DNA of 24,000 nt from Gottschalkia purinilytica (GCF_001190785.1 NZ_LGSS01000004.1:244798-268797); one strand, 5' to 3'; positions 10,262 to 18,124 are shown, counted from the stretch's first letter. Program-made: numbers and translations. Notes: generated by a model from the letters alone, not told the origin.

Positions 10262-10293
10262 ATAAAAAAACATTATTTCCTAAGAAATAATGT
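10262..10293 (-). terminator. Rho-independent terminator of the mazEF unit
   Basis: Perfect 10-bp stem ACATTATTTC/GAAATAATGT (10270-10279 / 10284-10293) with a 4-nt loop, followed on the minus strand by TTTTTTTATTTT. Confidence 0.85.
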
Positions 10294-10334
10294 CAAAATT
10301 AGATTTAAAATTAATAGCATTTATATAAAATTAT

Positions 10335-10685
10335 TTAAAGATTTATCATACCTATACTTATTTTCAAGCATTCATCAACTTTTTCCATCATATCTTCATC
10401 AAAGTGACCGATCTTTTCTCTTAGTCTTTTTTTATCTATAGTTCTTATTTGTTCTAACAATACTACAGAATCCTTTGGTAATCCAAAGTCTGGAGCAGTA
10501 ATTTCAACATGTGTTGGAAGCTTAGCTTTGTTTATCTGAGATGTTATAGCGCAAACTATAATAGTAGGACTATATTTATTTCCTATATCATTTTGAATAA
10601 CTAATACAGGTCTAACACCGCCCTGTTCTGAGCCTATAACAGGACTTAAATCTGCATAAAATATATCTCCTCTCTTCACTATCAC
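10335..10685 (-). CDS. mazF: MazF/PemK-family endoribonuclease toxin (EndoA/NdoA type)
   Basis: [36 protein letters not shown]...TIIVCAITS is near-canonical for EndoA/MazF. ATGA overlap with the upstream antitoxin gene. Confidence 0.95.
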   Translation of the reverse strand: MIVKRGDIFYADLSPVIGSEQGGVRPVLVIQNDIGNKYSPTIIVCAITSQINKAKLPTHVEITAPDFGLPKDSVVLLEQIRTIDKKRLREKIGHFDEDMMEKVDECLKISIGMINL

Positions 10686-10963
10686 AATTTTTCACACCCT
10701 GTCAAAGTAGCTTCATATATTCCTAATTCCCTTATATCTTCGGCTAAGCCTAACTCAGCTAAAGCCATATTAATCTGGCTCATTTCTCTATATCCACTTT
10801 TCATTCTTTCTTTTATCTGGATTTTCTTTCGCTCTCTTAAATATAACTTCATGGCCTCTCGTATAAATTCACTTCTGTTCTTCTTTTCTATAGACACTAT
10901 TCCATCAACCTCTTCTAGCAAACTGTTAGGTAAGCTAATAATTATTCTCTTTGTTTCGGCCAT
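10682..10963 (-). CDS. mazE: Ribbon-helix-helix (CopG-type) antitoxin, EndoAI/MazE
   Basis: 93 aa. The N-terminal RHH ([19 protein letters not shown]...RSEFIREAM) and the MKSGYREM... C-terminal region resemble B. subtilis YdcD/EndoAI. 4-nt overlap with mazF. Confidence 0.9.
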   Translation of the reverse strand: MAETKRIIISLPNSLLEEVDGIVSIEKKNRSEFIREAMKLYLRERKKIQIKERMKSGYREMSQINMALAELGLAEDIRELGIYEATLTGCEKL

Positions 10964-11103
10964 TATTGCACCTCCAGATCAAAGTATTTATTAGATTTAT
11001 TTCCATTTCTGGTTGTTTATTACATTCACAAACTCGTATAATCAACTTTATAATTCCCTTCCTAATTAAACCTAATATTAATTATATTATATTCGTATGT
11101 CTT

Positions 11104-11147
11104 CGAGTATATACTCGATTATATATTATTTGCAATAATTATGTCAA
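11104..11147 (-). promoter_or_regulatory. Consensus sigma-A promoter with adjoining perfect 14-bp palindrome (candidate MazE/MazEF operator)
   Basis: The minus strand reads TTGACA (11142-11147) - 18 nt - TATAAT (11118-11123), immediately followed by CGAGTATATACTCG (11104-11117). Confidence 0.65.
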
Positions 11148-11180
11148 CAACTCAAGTTTCTTATACATTTCAATATAATT

Positions 11181-12353
11181 TTATAGTAGATAATCTAATA
11201 TTTTTACTACTTTTTTATCTTTTATATATACTCTAGGTATTCTTCTGTTCATCATACACATAACTTCATAATTTATCGTTCCAAGTTTTTCCGCAATATC
11301 ATCTACAGTTGTTATATTTTTTCCATAACCAAATATAGTTACTTCACTCTCTATATCAATATTATCTATAAAACTAACATCTACCATACACTGATCCATA
11401 CATATTCTACCTATAACAGGAGCTTTTTTATCGTTAATAGTAACCTCATGGTTTCCTGATAACAATCTAGTAAATCCATCTGCGTATCCTATAGGTATGG
11501 TTGCTATTTTAGTCTCTTTGTTTGTTACATAAGTTTGACCATAACTAACACCTGTACCTTCACACACGGTTTTTATATTCGAAATTTTAGCTTTCAATGA
11601 CATAACTGGCTTTAAGTTAACTATATTCTTATTTACATCTTGAGATGGATATAAACCATAAAGCATAATTCCTGCTCTTACTATATCAAAATTATATTCA
11701 GGTAAATCTATTATAGCTCCACTATTAGAGATGTGCTTTATCTTTATATATACGCCTCTATTTTCTAACTCATGTATTATATTTTCAAATATCTTAAATT
11801 GTTCATGTGAAAATGATTTATCTTTTTCATCAGATTTAGCAAAATGAGAAAAAATCCCTTGTATCTCAAGTCCACTTAATTTATTTATTTTTTCTATTTC
11901 ATATATATTTTTTTCTATAGGTTTAAAACCTAATCTATTCATGCCTGTATCTATTTTTATGTGTATTTTTGCTATTTTATTTATATTATTGGCTAAGTTT
12001 GAAAGAATATAAGCAGAATCATAATTATATATAGTCTGTATAATATCATATTCTATAACATATTTAAGTTGACTGTTAGGCGTATATCCCATTATCAATA
12101 TCTCATCATCAATTCCAGATTCTCTTAATTCTATTGCTTCTGATAGTGTTGCCACAGCAAACTTATTTATTCCATTATCTGAAAGCATATGAGCTATTGT
12201 AGTAGCACCGTGTCCATAAGCATCTGCTTTTACAACTGCCATAATGGAACTATTCTTATTAACTACTCTTTTTATCTCTTCTAAATTATGAATTAAATTA
12301 TCTATGTTTATTTCTAACCATACTGGTCTAATCTCTTGTAAATCATTTATCAT
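11181..12353 (-). CDS. alr: Alanine racemase
   Basis: 390 aa. PLP-lysine motif AVVKADAYGHG, and GYADG and RICMDQ motifs. GGGGGA RBS. Confidence 0.95.
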   Translation of the reverse strand: MINDLQEIRPVWLEINIDNLIHNLEEIKRVVNKNSSIMAVVKADAYGHGATTIAHMLSDNGINKFAVATLSEAIELRESGIDDEILIMGYTPNSQLKYVIEYDIIQTIYNYDSAYILSNLANNINKIAKIHIKIDTGMNRLGFKPIEKNIYEIEKINKLSGLEIQGIFSHFAKSDEKDKSFSHEQFKIFENIIHELENRGVYIKIKHISNSGAIIDLPEYNFDIVRAGIMLYGLYPSQDVNKNIVNLKPVMSLKAKISNIKTVCEGTGVSYGQTYVTNKETKIATIPIGYADGFTRLLSGNHEVTINDKKAPVIGRICMDQCMVDVSFIDNIDIESEVTIFGYGKNITTVDDIAEKLGTINYEVMCMMNRRIPRVYIKDKKVVKILDYLL

Positions 12354-12425
12354 GTCTCTTCCCCCTTGTTACTGTTGCAAGACCTAACCTTTTTAAGTAA
12401 TTCAATATTAAGTATATATTTTTTC

Positions 12426-13052
12426 TTACTTTAGTTCCATATTAAATTTGTCATCATTTATCCCAATATTATACTTAACTTCAGAATATTTAACCTCAAC
12501 CAGAGTTTCCCCTTTATCATCAACTATAATCAACTTATATGGTAAGTGAGTTTTTTTATCTATCCAAATTTGTTCATACTTTCTATACATATTATTTCCT
12601 GGTATTTCTGCTTTTACTGTCATATATTCTTTTTCATCTAATGTATCTGACATAATCTGGGGATTTTCTGTAGTAATTAAAATTCTTAAAAAATAACCTA
12701 TAAAAAGCATTTCATCTTGAAGTTGTTTATAATCTTTAAGTATAGTAAGCTGATTTATTTGAGGACTATATAAATAAGCTTGTTTTCCATTATAAATTGT
12801 CATATTTCCTTTGTTATTTTTTGGCTCTAATATTTCTGATATGTATTTATTAGGCTTTTTAAAAGTATGTTTAACTTTGTACTTTTCTGGCTTTTTATTA
12901 CCTTTTATACTTATTTCTGCTACACAGCTATAATCTTCTATTTGATTTAGAGTTTTTTGTATATCATATAAACTTTCTTCATCAGTTGGCTCAGAACAAC
13001 CTGTAAAAAAGACTAGTAAAATACTAATAAAACCAACTAATAGTTTTCTCAT
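12426..13052 (-). CDS. LolA-like / YdcC-like lipoprotein
   Basis: I place the start at the ATG at 13052 (MRKLLVGFISILLVFFTGC, signal peptide plus lipobox Cys), with AGGAGAGG upstream. The tracked 13106 start would overlap the preceding gene by 41 nt. The position between acpS and alr matches B. subtilis ydcC. Confidence 0.8.
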   Translation of the reverse strand: MRKLLVGFISILLVFFTGCSEPTDEESLYDIQKTLNQIEDYSCVAEISIKGNKKPEKYKVKHTFKKPNKYISEILEPKNNKGNMTIYNGKQAYLYSPQINQLTILKDYKQLQDEMLFIGYFLRILITTENPQIMSDTLDEKEYMTVKAEIPGNNMYRKYEQIWIDKKTHLPYKLIIVDDKGETLVEVKYSEVKYNIGINDDKFNMELK

Positions 13053-13065
13053 ACTGCCTCTCCTT

Positions 13066-14376
13066 TTATAAACTGATTTCTTTAATGGCATAAGGTATAT
13101 TTTCAAGTATGTCTGTAGCTATAGTTCCATATTCTCCTTTTTGCAATGCCGAAATATCGCCTGATAGTCCATGTATATACACTGCTAATATTGAAGATTT
13201 AATAGGGTCAAATTTCTGTCCTAAAAAGCTAGCTATTATGCCTGTAAGTACATCTCCACTTCCTGCTGTAGCCATTCCAGGGTTTCCTGTAGTATTTATA
13301 TAGACATTATGGCTATCACAGACAATTGTATTATTTCCTTTTAAAACAGTTATAACATTATATTCTTTACTTGCTAATTTACTATACTTTATTCTATTTG
13401 TTTGAATGTCTGATATACTAACATCTAGTAGTCTTGAAAGTTCTCCTGGATGAGGTGTTATAATAGTTACTCCTTTTCGATTTTTTAATATATCTCTTTC
13501 TTTAGATATACAGTTTATACCATCTGCATCTATTACAACAGGTATATCTGTAGATCTTAATACTTTTCTTACAAGTTCTATTCTATAACTATCTACTCCA
13601 ATTCCAGATCCTATAGCTATTACATCCATATCTCTAATTTGTGATATAACTTCATCTATCGAGTTATCTGTAAAATGACCTTTTCCTGAGTCATTTATAG
13701 GAATAACTATAGTTTCTGTAGATTTTATTGAAATTATATCACTTATAGTTTCAGGCACAATAGCGTATACTAGCCCACTTCCTGATCTTAGTGCAGACTT
13801 ACATGATAAATATGCAGAACCACTCATCCCTTTACTTCCACCTATTATGCCAACTCTTCCATAAGTTCCTTTGTGACTTTCTTTTTTTCTCTTTGGAATC
13901 ATGTTCTCTACTAGTTTCTTATCTATTATTTTTAAAGAATCTAAGCTATTACCTAAGTACATAATATCTTCATTTATTTTCGATACTTGTCTATAGTGTC
14001 TTTTGTCTTCCTCAAATATTGCTACTGATATAGCATTAGTTTTATCATGACTAATAGATAATACTAAGTTATACTCTCCTTTGGCTTCTGCAATTTTTTT
14101 AGCATTATCTTTTAAATCAACCATAGGCTTTCCAAGCTCATCATGATATATTTCAATATCAGTCCACTTAAAATCTCTTATTCCCGTTCCTAGAGCTTTA
14201 CTTACTGCTTCTTTAGCTGAAAATAAGCCTGCTATAGTATTTATATTATTATTTCTACTCTGTATATATTCTATCTCTGAAAAAGTAAATATTCTTTTTA
14301 GAAAATCTTTATTTCTATTAAATGCTTTTTTTACTCTATCTACTTCTATAATATCTATTCCTATACCTTTTATCAT
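13066..14376 (-). CDS. acpS: Fusion protein: holo-ACP synthase (AcpS, aa ~1-123) plus ADP-dependent NAD(P)H-hydrate dehydratase (YjeF_C/NnrD, aa ~150-436)
   Basis: N-terminus MIKGIGIDIIEV...FSAKEAVSKALGTG...LSISHD matches AcpS. The C-terminal part, HKGTYGRVGIIGGS...GSGLV...TPHPGE...GNPGMATAGSGDVLTG, matches the carbohydrate-kinase-like NnrD domain. It is one uninterrupted ORF. Confidence 0.88.
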   Translation of the reverse strand: MIKGIGIDIIEVDRVKKAFNRNKDFLKRIFTFSEIEYIQSRNNNINTIAGLFSAKEAVSKALGTGIRDFKWTDIEIYHDELGKPMVDLKDNAKKIAEAKGEYNLVLSISHDKTNAISVAIFEEDKRHYRQVSKINEDIMYLGNSLDSLKIIDKKLVENMIPKRKKESHKGTYGRVGIIGGSKGMSGSAYLSCKSALRSGSGLVYAIVPETISDIISIKSTETIVIPINDSGKGHFTDNSIDEVISQIRDMDVIAIGSGIGVDSYRIELVRKVLRSTDIPVVIDADGINCISKERDILKNRKGVTIITPHPGELSRLLDVSISDIQTNRIKYSKLASKEYNVITVLKGNNTIVCDSHNVYINTTGNPGMATAGSGDVLTGIIASFLGQKFDPIKSSILAVYIHGLSGDISALQKGEYGTIATDILENIPYAIKEISL

Positions 14377-14391
14377 TATTCCACCACCTTT

Positions 14392-14422
14392 ATAAAAAAT
14401 AAGTCCTATATAGGACTTATTT
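14392..14422 (-). terminator. Rho-independent terminator after the small membrane ORF
   Basis: Palindrome AATAAGTCCTATA/TATAGGACTTATT (14398-14422), followed on the minus strand by TTTTTTAT. It overlaps the stop codon of the 91-aa ORF and ends ~15 nt before the acpS RBS. Confidence 0.8.
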
Positions 14423-14696
14423 ATCTAAATATATCTAGTATACTTTTATCTAATGATATCCCAAATATATTGGCCAAAACTTTGACTGTTTGTGCTATAA
14501 AATATATAACTGATATCATAAATAAAGCAACAAAAAACAATTTTATAATTCCTTTAGCTTTTTCTGAGAGTTTAAAGTTTTTATTAAATACTCTCATTAT
14601 ACTTTCAACTAATAATGTAAAAACACTAAAAAATATCTCTAAAATACCTAGTATTATCACTATTAACATATATACTTTTAAAGTCAACGCTGACAT
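14421..14696 (-). CDS. Small two-TM membrane protein (88-91 aa), no family recognised
   Basis: Two clear hydrophobic helices (VYMLIVIILGILEIFFSVFTLLV and LFFVALFMISVIYFIAQ) and its own terminator. The ATG at 14696 has its SD immediately adjacent. A TTG at 14687 sits 8 nt after AAAGGA and may be the true start. Confidence 0.6.
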   Translation of the reverse strand: MSALTLKVYMLIVIILGILEIFFSVFTLLVESIMRVFNKNFKLSEKAKGIIKLFFVALFMISVIYFIAQTVKVLANIFGISLDKSILDIFR

Positions 14697-15071
14697 CCTT
14701 TCACATTTTATATTTCATTTAATATACTGTGTGGAATTCTCCCATCCTCTCTAGGTGAGAGATGGATAATACTAATTTGGTAAATACTAGATGTATTTAC
14801 TAAATTATGATATCATAACTTTAAGAACAACTAAAAACTGAATATATAGAGTTACTATAGGAAATGCTCTATAGTGTAAAATATTCAAGCACTCGCCCAA
14901 TTGGTATAGCGAAAACCAAGCATATATGCCAATATAGAAGTTCTTATGTTATATTTCGAGGTTGGTTCGACCTTTAGAGCCTAGATAAACTTATCTCATT
15001 AGAGATATTGACTAGGAAGCCATTCACTTCTATAAGTGGTGGTAGTTCACTGTCCCAAATTATTATATCAT
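14697..15071 (-). other. ~370-nt non-coding region: candidate long structured 5' leader or small RNA with its own promoter
   Basis: Extended -10 TGATATAAT (15062-15070, minus strand) lies directly after the upstream terminator. Several hairpins are present (15025-15038; 14992-15007 nested in 14980-15016; 14854-14875 alternative to 14845-14873; 14780-14800; 14742-14765), plus the perfect palindrome TTATGATATCATAA (14805-14818). No ORF longer than 37 codons on either strand. Confidence 0.35.
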
Positions 15072-15105
15072 AAAAAATAAAAAAAGAATGCCTTTAAGCA
15101 TTCTT
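15072..15105 (-). terminator. Rho-independent terminator of the coiled-coil protein gene
   Basis: 8-bp stem AAGAATGC/GCATTCTT (15084-15091 / 15098-15105) with a 6-nt loop containing the stop codon, followed on the minus strand by TTTTTTTATTTTTT. Confidence 0.85.
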
Positions 15106-15726
15106 ACTATCTAGTATATCCTTATCTAGTTTGTCTATTTCTTCACTTCCTAATGTATTATGTAAAAAAGTATAAGTCTTATTAATCTTTTCTTCATAGT
15201 CAAACTTTTTTTGTATTAAATCTCTTAATTTTTCTCGTAATATATCAAGTTCTTTAGTTATTGATTCATACTTACTCTGACTATCTATAAGATCGCTATA
15301 TGCATATTTTACAGTGGCTTTGAGAATTTTAAGATTAGCTTCTCTGATTTGTTTTGGAAACTCTTCTAATTGGAATGTAAGATCATCTATATAATCATTT
15401 ATTTCATGTACATCTCTTTCAGCCTGCTCTAATAAAACGACACCATCTGAAAGATTATTATTGTTGATTTCATCTGATAGTTTTAAAATCTTAGCCATTA
15501 CTTTTTTCTTTTCTTTCTTTTTATCTTTGAGTTCTTTTTTTATTTCTTTTTCATTATTTATTAAACTTTTAAGTTCTATTTTAGCATTTACTATATCTGA
15601 ATCTTCTACATCATCGAAAAGGCTTATCCAAATTTCATCATTTATAAGTAAAGGTAGTCTATTTTTAAGTAAAATACTATATTCCAGATCAATCTCCCTA
15701 TCCTTATCTTTAAATATGTTAAACAT
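15094..15726 (-). CDS. Hypothetical coiled-coil protein, 210 aa
   Basis: AGGAGGAA RBS. Highly charged K/E/D-rich heptad-like sequence after a short N-terminal segment (LPLLINDEIWISLF). No TM segment or signal peptide; family not recognised. Confidence 0.75.
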   Translation of the reverse strand: MFNIFKDKDREIDLEYSILLKNRLPLLINDEIWISLFDDVEDSDIVNAKIELKSLINNEKEIKKELKDKKKEKKKVMAKILKLSDEINNNNLSDGVVLLEQAERDVHEINDYIDDLTFQLEEFPKQIREANLKILKATVKYAYSDLIDSQSKYESITKELDILREKLRDLIQKKFDYEEKINKTYTFLHNTLGSEEIDKLDKDILDSKNA

Positions 15727-15831
15727 TTTTATATTCCTCCTAACTTTAATTGTAATATAAAATGTTTTCCAGTTAAATAGGATTTTTATACTATATTAGG
15801 TAATATTGTTTATTCTTTTTAATTCTTACAG

Positions 15832-15863
15832 TAAAAATCCAGTCGTATATAATATACGACTGG
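15832..15863 (-). terminator. Rho-independent terminator of glnA
   Basis: 11-bp stem CCAGTCGTATA/TATACGACTGG (15839-15863), followed on the minus strand by ATTTTTAC. Confidence 0.8.
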
Positions 15864-15869
15864 CTTTCT

Positions 15870-17222
15870 TTAATATCCTCTTAAATATTCATCTATTTCC
15901 CATTTATGAACTTTTTCTCTGTATGAATTCCATTCTTTAAGTTTACCTGATATGAACTTTTCAGTCACATGCTTACCTAAAGCATCTTTTACAATATCAT
16001 CATTCATAAGTTCCTTTATAGCTTCATATAAACTCATTGGGAGAGCTTGTATATCTTTTTCTAGTCTTTCATCTAAATCCATTGCATATATATTTTTGTT
16101 AACTGACTTTGGTGGTTCTATCTTATTTTCTATTCCGTCAAGTCCTGCCATCAATACTGTAGCTAATGCTAAATAAGGATTACATGCAGGATCTGGATTT
16201 CTTAGCTCTACTCTTGTAGATAGACCTCTTTTTGCAGGTATTCTTACAAGAGGACTTCTATTCTGATGTGACCATGCTATATATACAGGAGCTTCATATC
16301 CAGGAACTAAACGTTTATATGAATTAACTAATGGATTAGTAATTGCAGTTAGTCCTTTTGCATGTTTTAATAATCCCCCTACAAAATAAACAGCTTCATC
16401 ACTTAGTTGGTTTTTAGCATCTGGATCAAAAAATATATTTTTATCACCTTTAAATAAAGACATGTTTAAATGCATTCCTGAACCAGCTATTCCTTCAACT
16501 GGTTTTGGCATGAAACTAGCAAGTAATCCTAAATCATCTGCAATTTTTCTTACAACATATCTAAATGTAATTATATTATCCGCAGTAGATAATGCATCTG
16601 CATATTTAAAATCTATTTCATGTTGTCCCGGTCCACACTCATGATGAGAAGCCTCTACCTCAAAACCTAAACCTTCAAGAGCAGTAGATATAACTTCTCT
16701 TACATCTTCTCCTTTATCTAATGGAGCCATATCAAAATATCCTGCTTTATCGTTATTTTCTAAAACCGGCTCACCTTTTTCATCCTTATTAAATATATAA
16801 AACTCTGGTTCTGGTCCAACATAGAATGAATATCCCATTTCTTTAGCTTTTTCTAAAGCTCTTCTTAAAACATATCTTGGACAACCTTCAAAATAACCGC
16901 CATCTGGCATGTACACATCACAAATAAGTCTTGCAACTGTAGTTCCATTGTGAGTTTTCCACGGTAATATTACAAAAGTTGATAAATCAGGATATAGATA
17001 CATATCTGATTCTTCTATACGTGCAAATCCATCTATTGAAGATCCGTCAAACATTACTTCATTATCTATTATTTTATTTAGCTGATTAACTGGCAGAGTT
17101 ATACTCTTAGCTGTACCTTGTATATCTGCTAATTGTAAAACTATAAATTTTACATCACGTTCCTTAATTAGTTCTTTGATATGAACGATTTGCTCTTCCC
17201 TGCTTTTTAGGCTTAAATTCAT
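15870..17222 (-). CDS. glnA: Glutamine synthetase, type I
   Basis: Canonical GSI motifs (FDGSSIDGF, GPEPEFY, SHHECGPGQHEIDF, NRSPLVRIP). I place the start at the ATG at 17222 (MNLSLK...), with AAGGAGAG upstream. The tracked TTG at 17243 would contain that RBS. Confidence 0.95.
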   Translation of the reverse strand: MNLSLKSREEQIVHIKELIKERDVKFIVLQLADIQGTAKSITLPVNQLNKIIDNEVMFDGSSIDGFARIEESDMYLYPDLSTFVILPWKTHNGTTVARLICDVYMPDGGYFEGCPRYVLRRALEKAKEMGYSFYVGPEPEFYIFNKDEKGEPVLENNDKAGYFDMAPLDKGEDVREVISTALEGLGFEVEASHHECGPGQHEIDFKYADALSTADNIITFRYVVRKIADDLGLLASFMPKPVEGIAGSGMHLNMSLFKGDKNIFFDPDAKNQLSDEAVYFVGGLLKHAKGLTAITNPLVNSYKRLVPGYEAPVYIAWSHQNRSPLVRIPAKRGLSTRVELRNPDPACNPYLALATVLMAGLDGIENKIEPPKSVNKNIYAMDLDERLEKDIQALPMSLYEAIKELMNDDIVKDALGKHVTEKFISGKLKEWNSYREKVHKWEIDEYLRGY

Positions 17223-17493
17223 CCTTCCACTCTCCTTTATCAAATAGGTTAAAAATATTATATAAATATAAAAATTAAAACTAACTTCCCTATCAACAAA
17301 AACTCTAATTCTATTTTCCCAGTTTTTTTAAAATATTTCAATTAATTTTAATACTATTTTTTTATTTATTCAACTGTAAATATTTTCTCTATCGACAATA
17401 TACATTATATTTTGTTATTTGTCTACAAAGAGTAACTTCTAATTAAACTTTAGAATATTATTATTATATATATTGGTTTAGGAGGTTATTTAA

Positions 17494-17829
17494 GTGGTAT
17501 GTATCAAAAAAGATTCTAATAACAGTTTCTGTTCAAAGTTGAATGATATTGAAAACAAGGTTAAAAATTTGAGAACATATAATGGAGATCTGGATATAAA
17601 AAATCAATATTTTTTACAAAAGCTACAAAGCTTTATTCTATTACTTAAAAGTATCGATCAAGCATTAATTAATAATAATTTAAACGATATGTCTAGTATA
17701 GATGAAGACGTATTACACTCAATCAAAGATTGCTTAAATAGTACATTCGATAATATTAATGTAACTAATGAAACTATTCTAGAGTTTCTTCAAAAAATAA
17801 AATCTATATACTATGTTATCAAAGAATAG
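17494..17829 (+). CDS. Hypothetical protein, 111 aa (predicted helical; no family recognised)
   Basis: GTG start 8 nt after a perfect AGGAGG. There is no terminator before the next gene, so it is probably co-transcribed with the DUF1450 gene. Confidence 0.6.
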   Translation: MVCIKKDSNNSFCSKLNDIENKVKNLRTYNGDLDIKNQYFLQKLQSFILLLKSIDQALINNNLNDMSSIDEDVLHSIKDCLNSTFDNINVTNETILEFLQKIKSIYYVIKE

Positions 17830-17896
17830 TTTCTTTGTGAATAGCAATAATAAAAGATAAACTTTAGATATTTACTATATACAATAGGAGGTCATT

Positions 17897-18124
17897 ATGA
17901 CAAAACATAATATAAAATTTTGTGAAAATAACTTTCAATATGAAACAGATAAAATTGTAAAAATACTAGAAGACGATTTTAGTGACGTTGAAGTAGAAGT
18001 ATCATCTTGCTTAGGATATTGTGGAGACTGTGCTACTTCACCCTTTGCATTAATTGATGATGTCTTTGTGAATACTGATACACAAGAAGAATTGCTAGAA
18101 GAAATAAAATCTTATATAGAATAA
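17897..18124 (+). CDS. DUF1450 (YuzB-like) small Cys-containing protein, 75 aa
   Basis: FCENN ... SCLGYCGDC ... ALIDD...V......EELLEEI pattern, as in the B. subtilis YuzB family. AGGAGG RBS. Confidence 0.8.
   Translation: MTKHNIKFCENNFQYETDKIVKILEDDFSDVEVEVSSCLGYCGDCATSPFALIDDVFVNTDTQEELLEEIKSYIE

Noticed and set aside
10951-11178. 75-aa plus-strand ORF filling the alr-mazE intergenic region.
   Set aside because: No RBS, odd I/F/N-rich composition, and it runs antisense to the mazEF promoter and leader. It is more simply explained as non-coding.
13053-13106. Upstream extension of the lipoprotein ORF (MKIYLMPLKKSVYKRRGS).
   Set aside because: It overlaps the end of the acpS-nnrD gene. The ATG at 13052 has a good RBS and yields a canonical signal peptide and lipobox.
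14762-14803. 13-codon plus-strand mini-ORF (MDNTNLVNTRCIY) preceded by AGGTGAGAG.
   Set aside because: The SD-like sequence is only 2-3 nt from the ATG. There is no promoter or terminator context on the plus strand. It remains possible but unsupported.
14886-14903. CAATTGGGCGAGTGCTTG on the minus strand, which superficially resembles the T-box motif AATTAGGGTGGTACCGCG.
   Set aside because: The critical UGGN that pairs with the tRNA 3' end is absent. No specifier-loop or Stem I features or antiterminator geometry were found, and the downstream gene is not an aminoacyl-tRNA-related gene.
14964-14970. GGTTCGA (T-loop-like) sequence, suggesting a tRNA or tmRNA.
   Set aside because: The flanks do not form a 5-bp T-stem. 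No acceptor, D or anticodon arms could be drawn on either strand, and there is no CCA or tag-ORF context.
17223-17243. TTG-initiated 7-codon extension of glnA, and similarly 5561-5587 for the O-antigen ligase-like gene.
   Set aside because: In both cases the extension contains the Shine-Dalgarno sequence that serves the downstream ATG.
17413-17427. TGTTATTTGTCTACA upstream of glnA as a possible GlnR/TnrA box.
   Set aside because: The consensus is TGTNA-N7-TNACA (17 nt). This dyad is 2 nt too short and one half-site is imperfect, so I do not call it.
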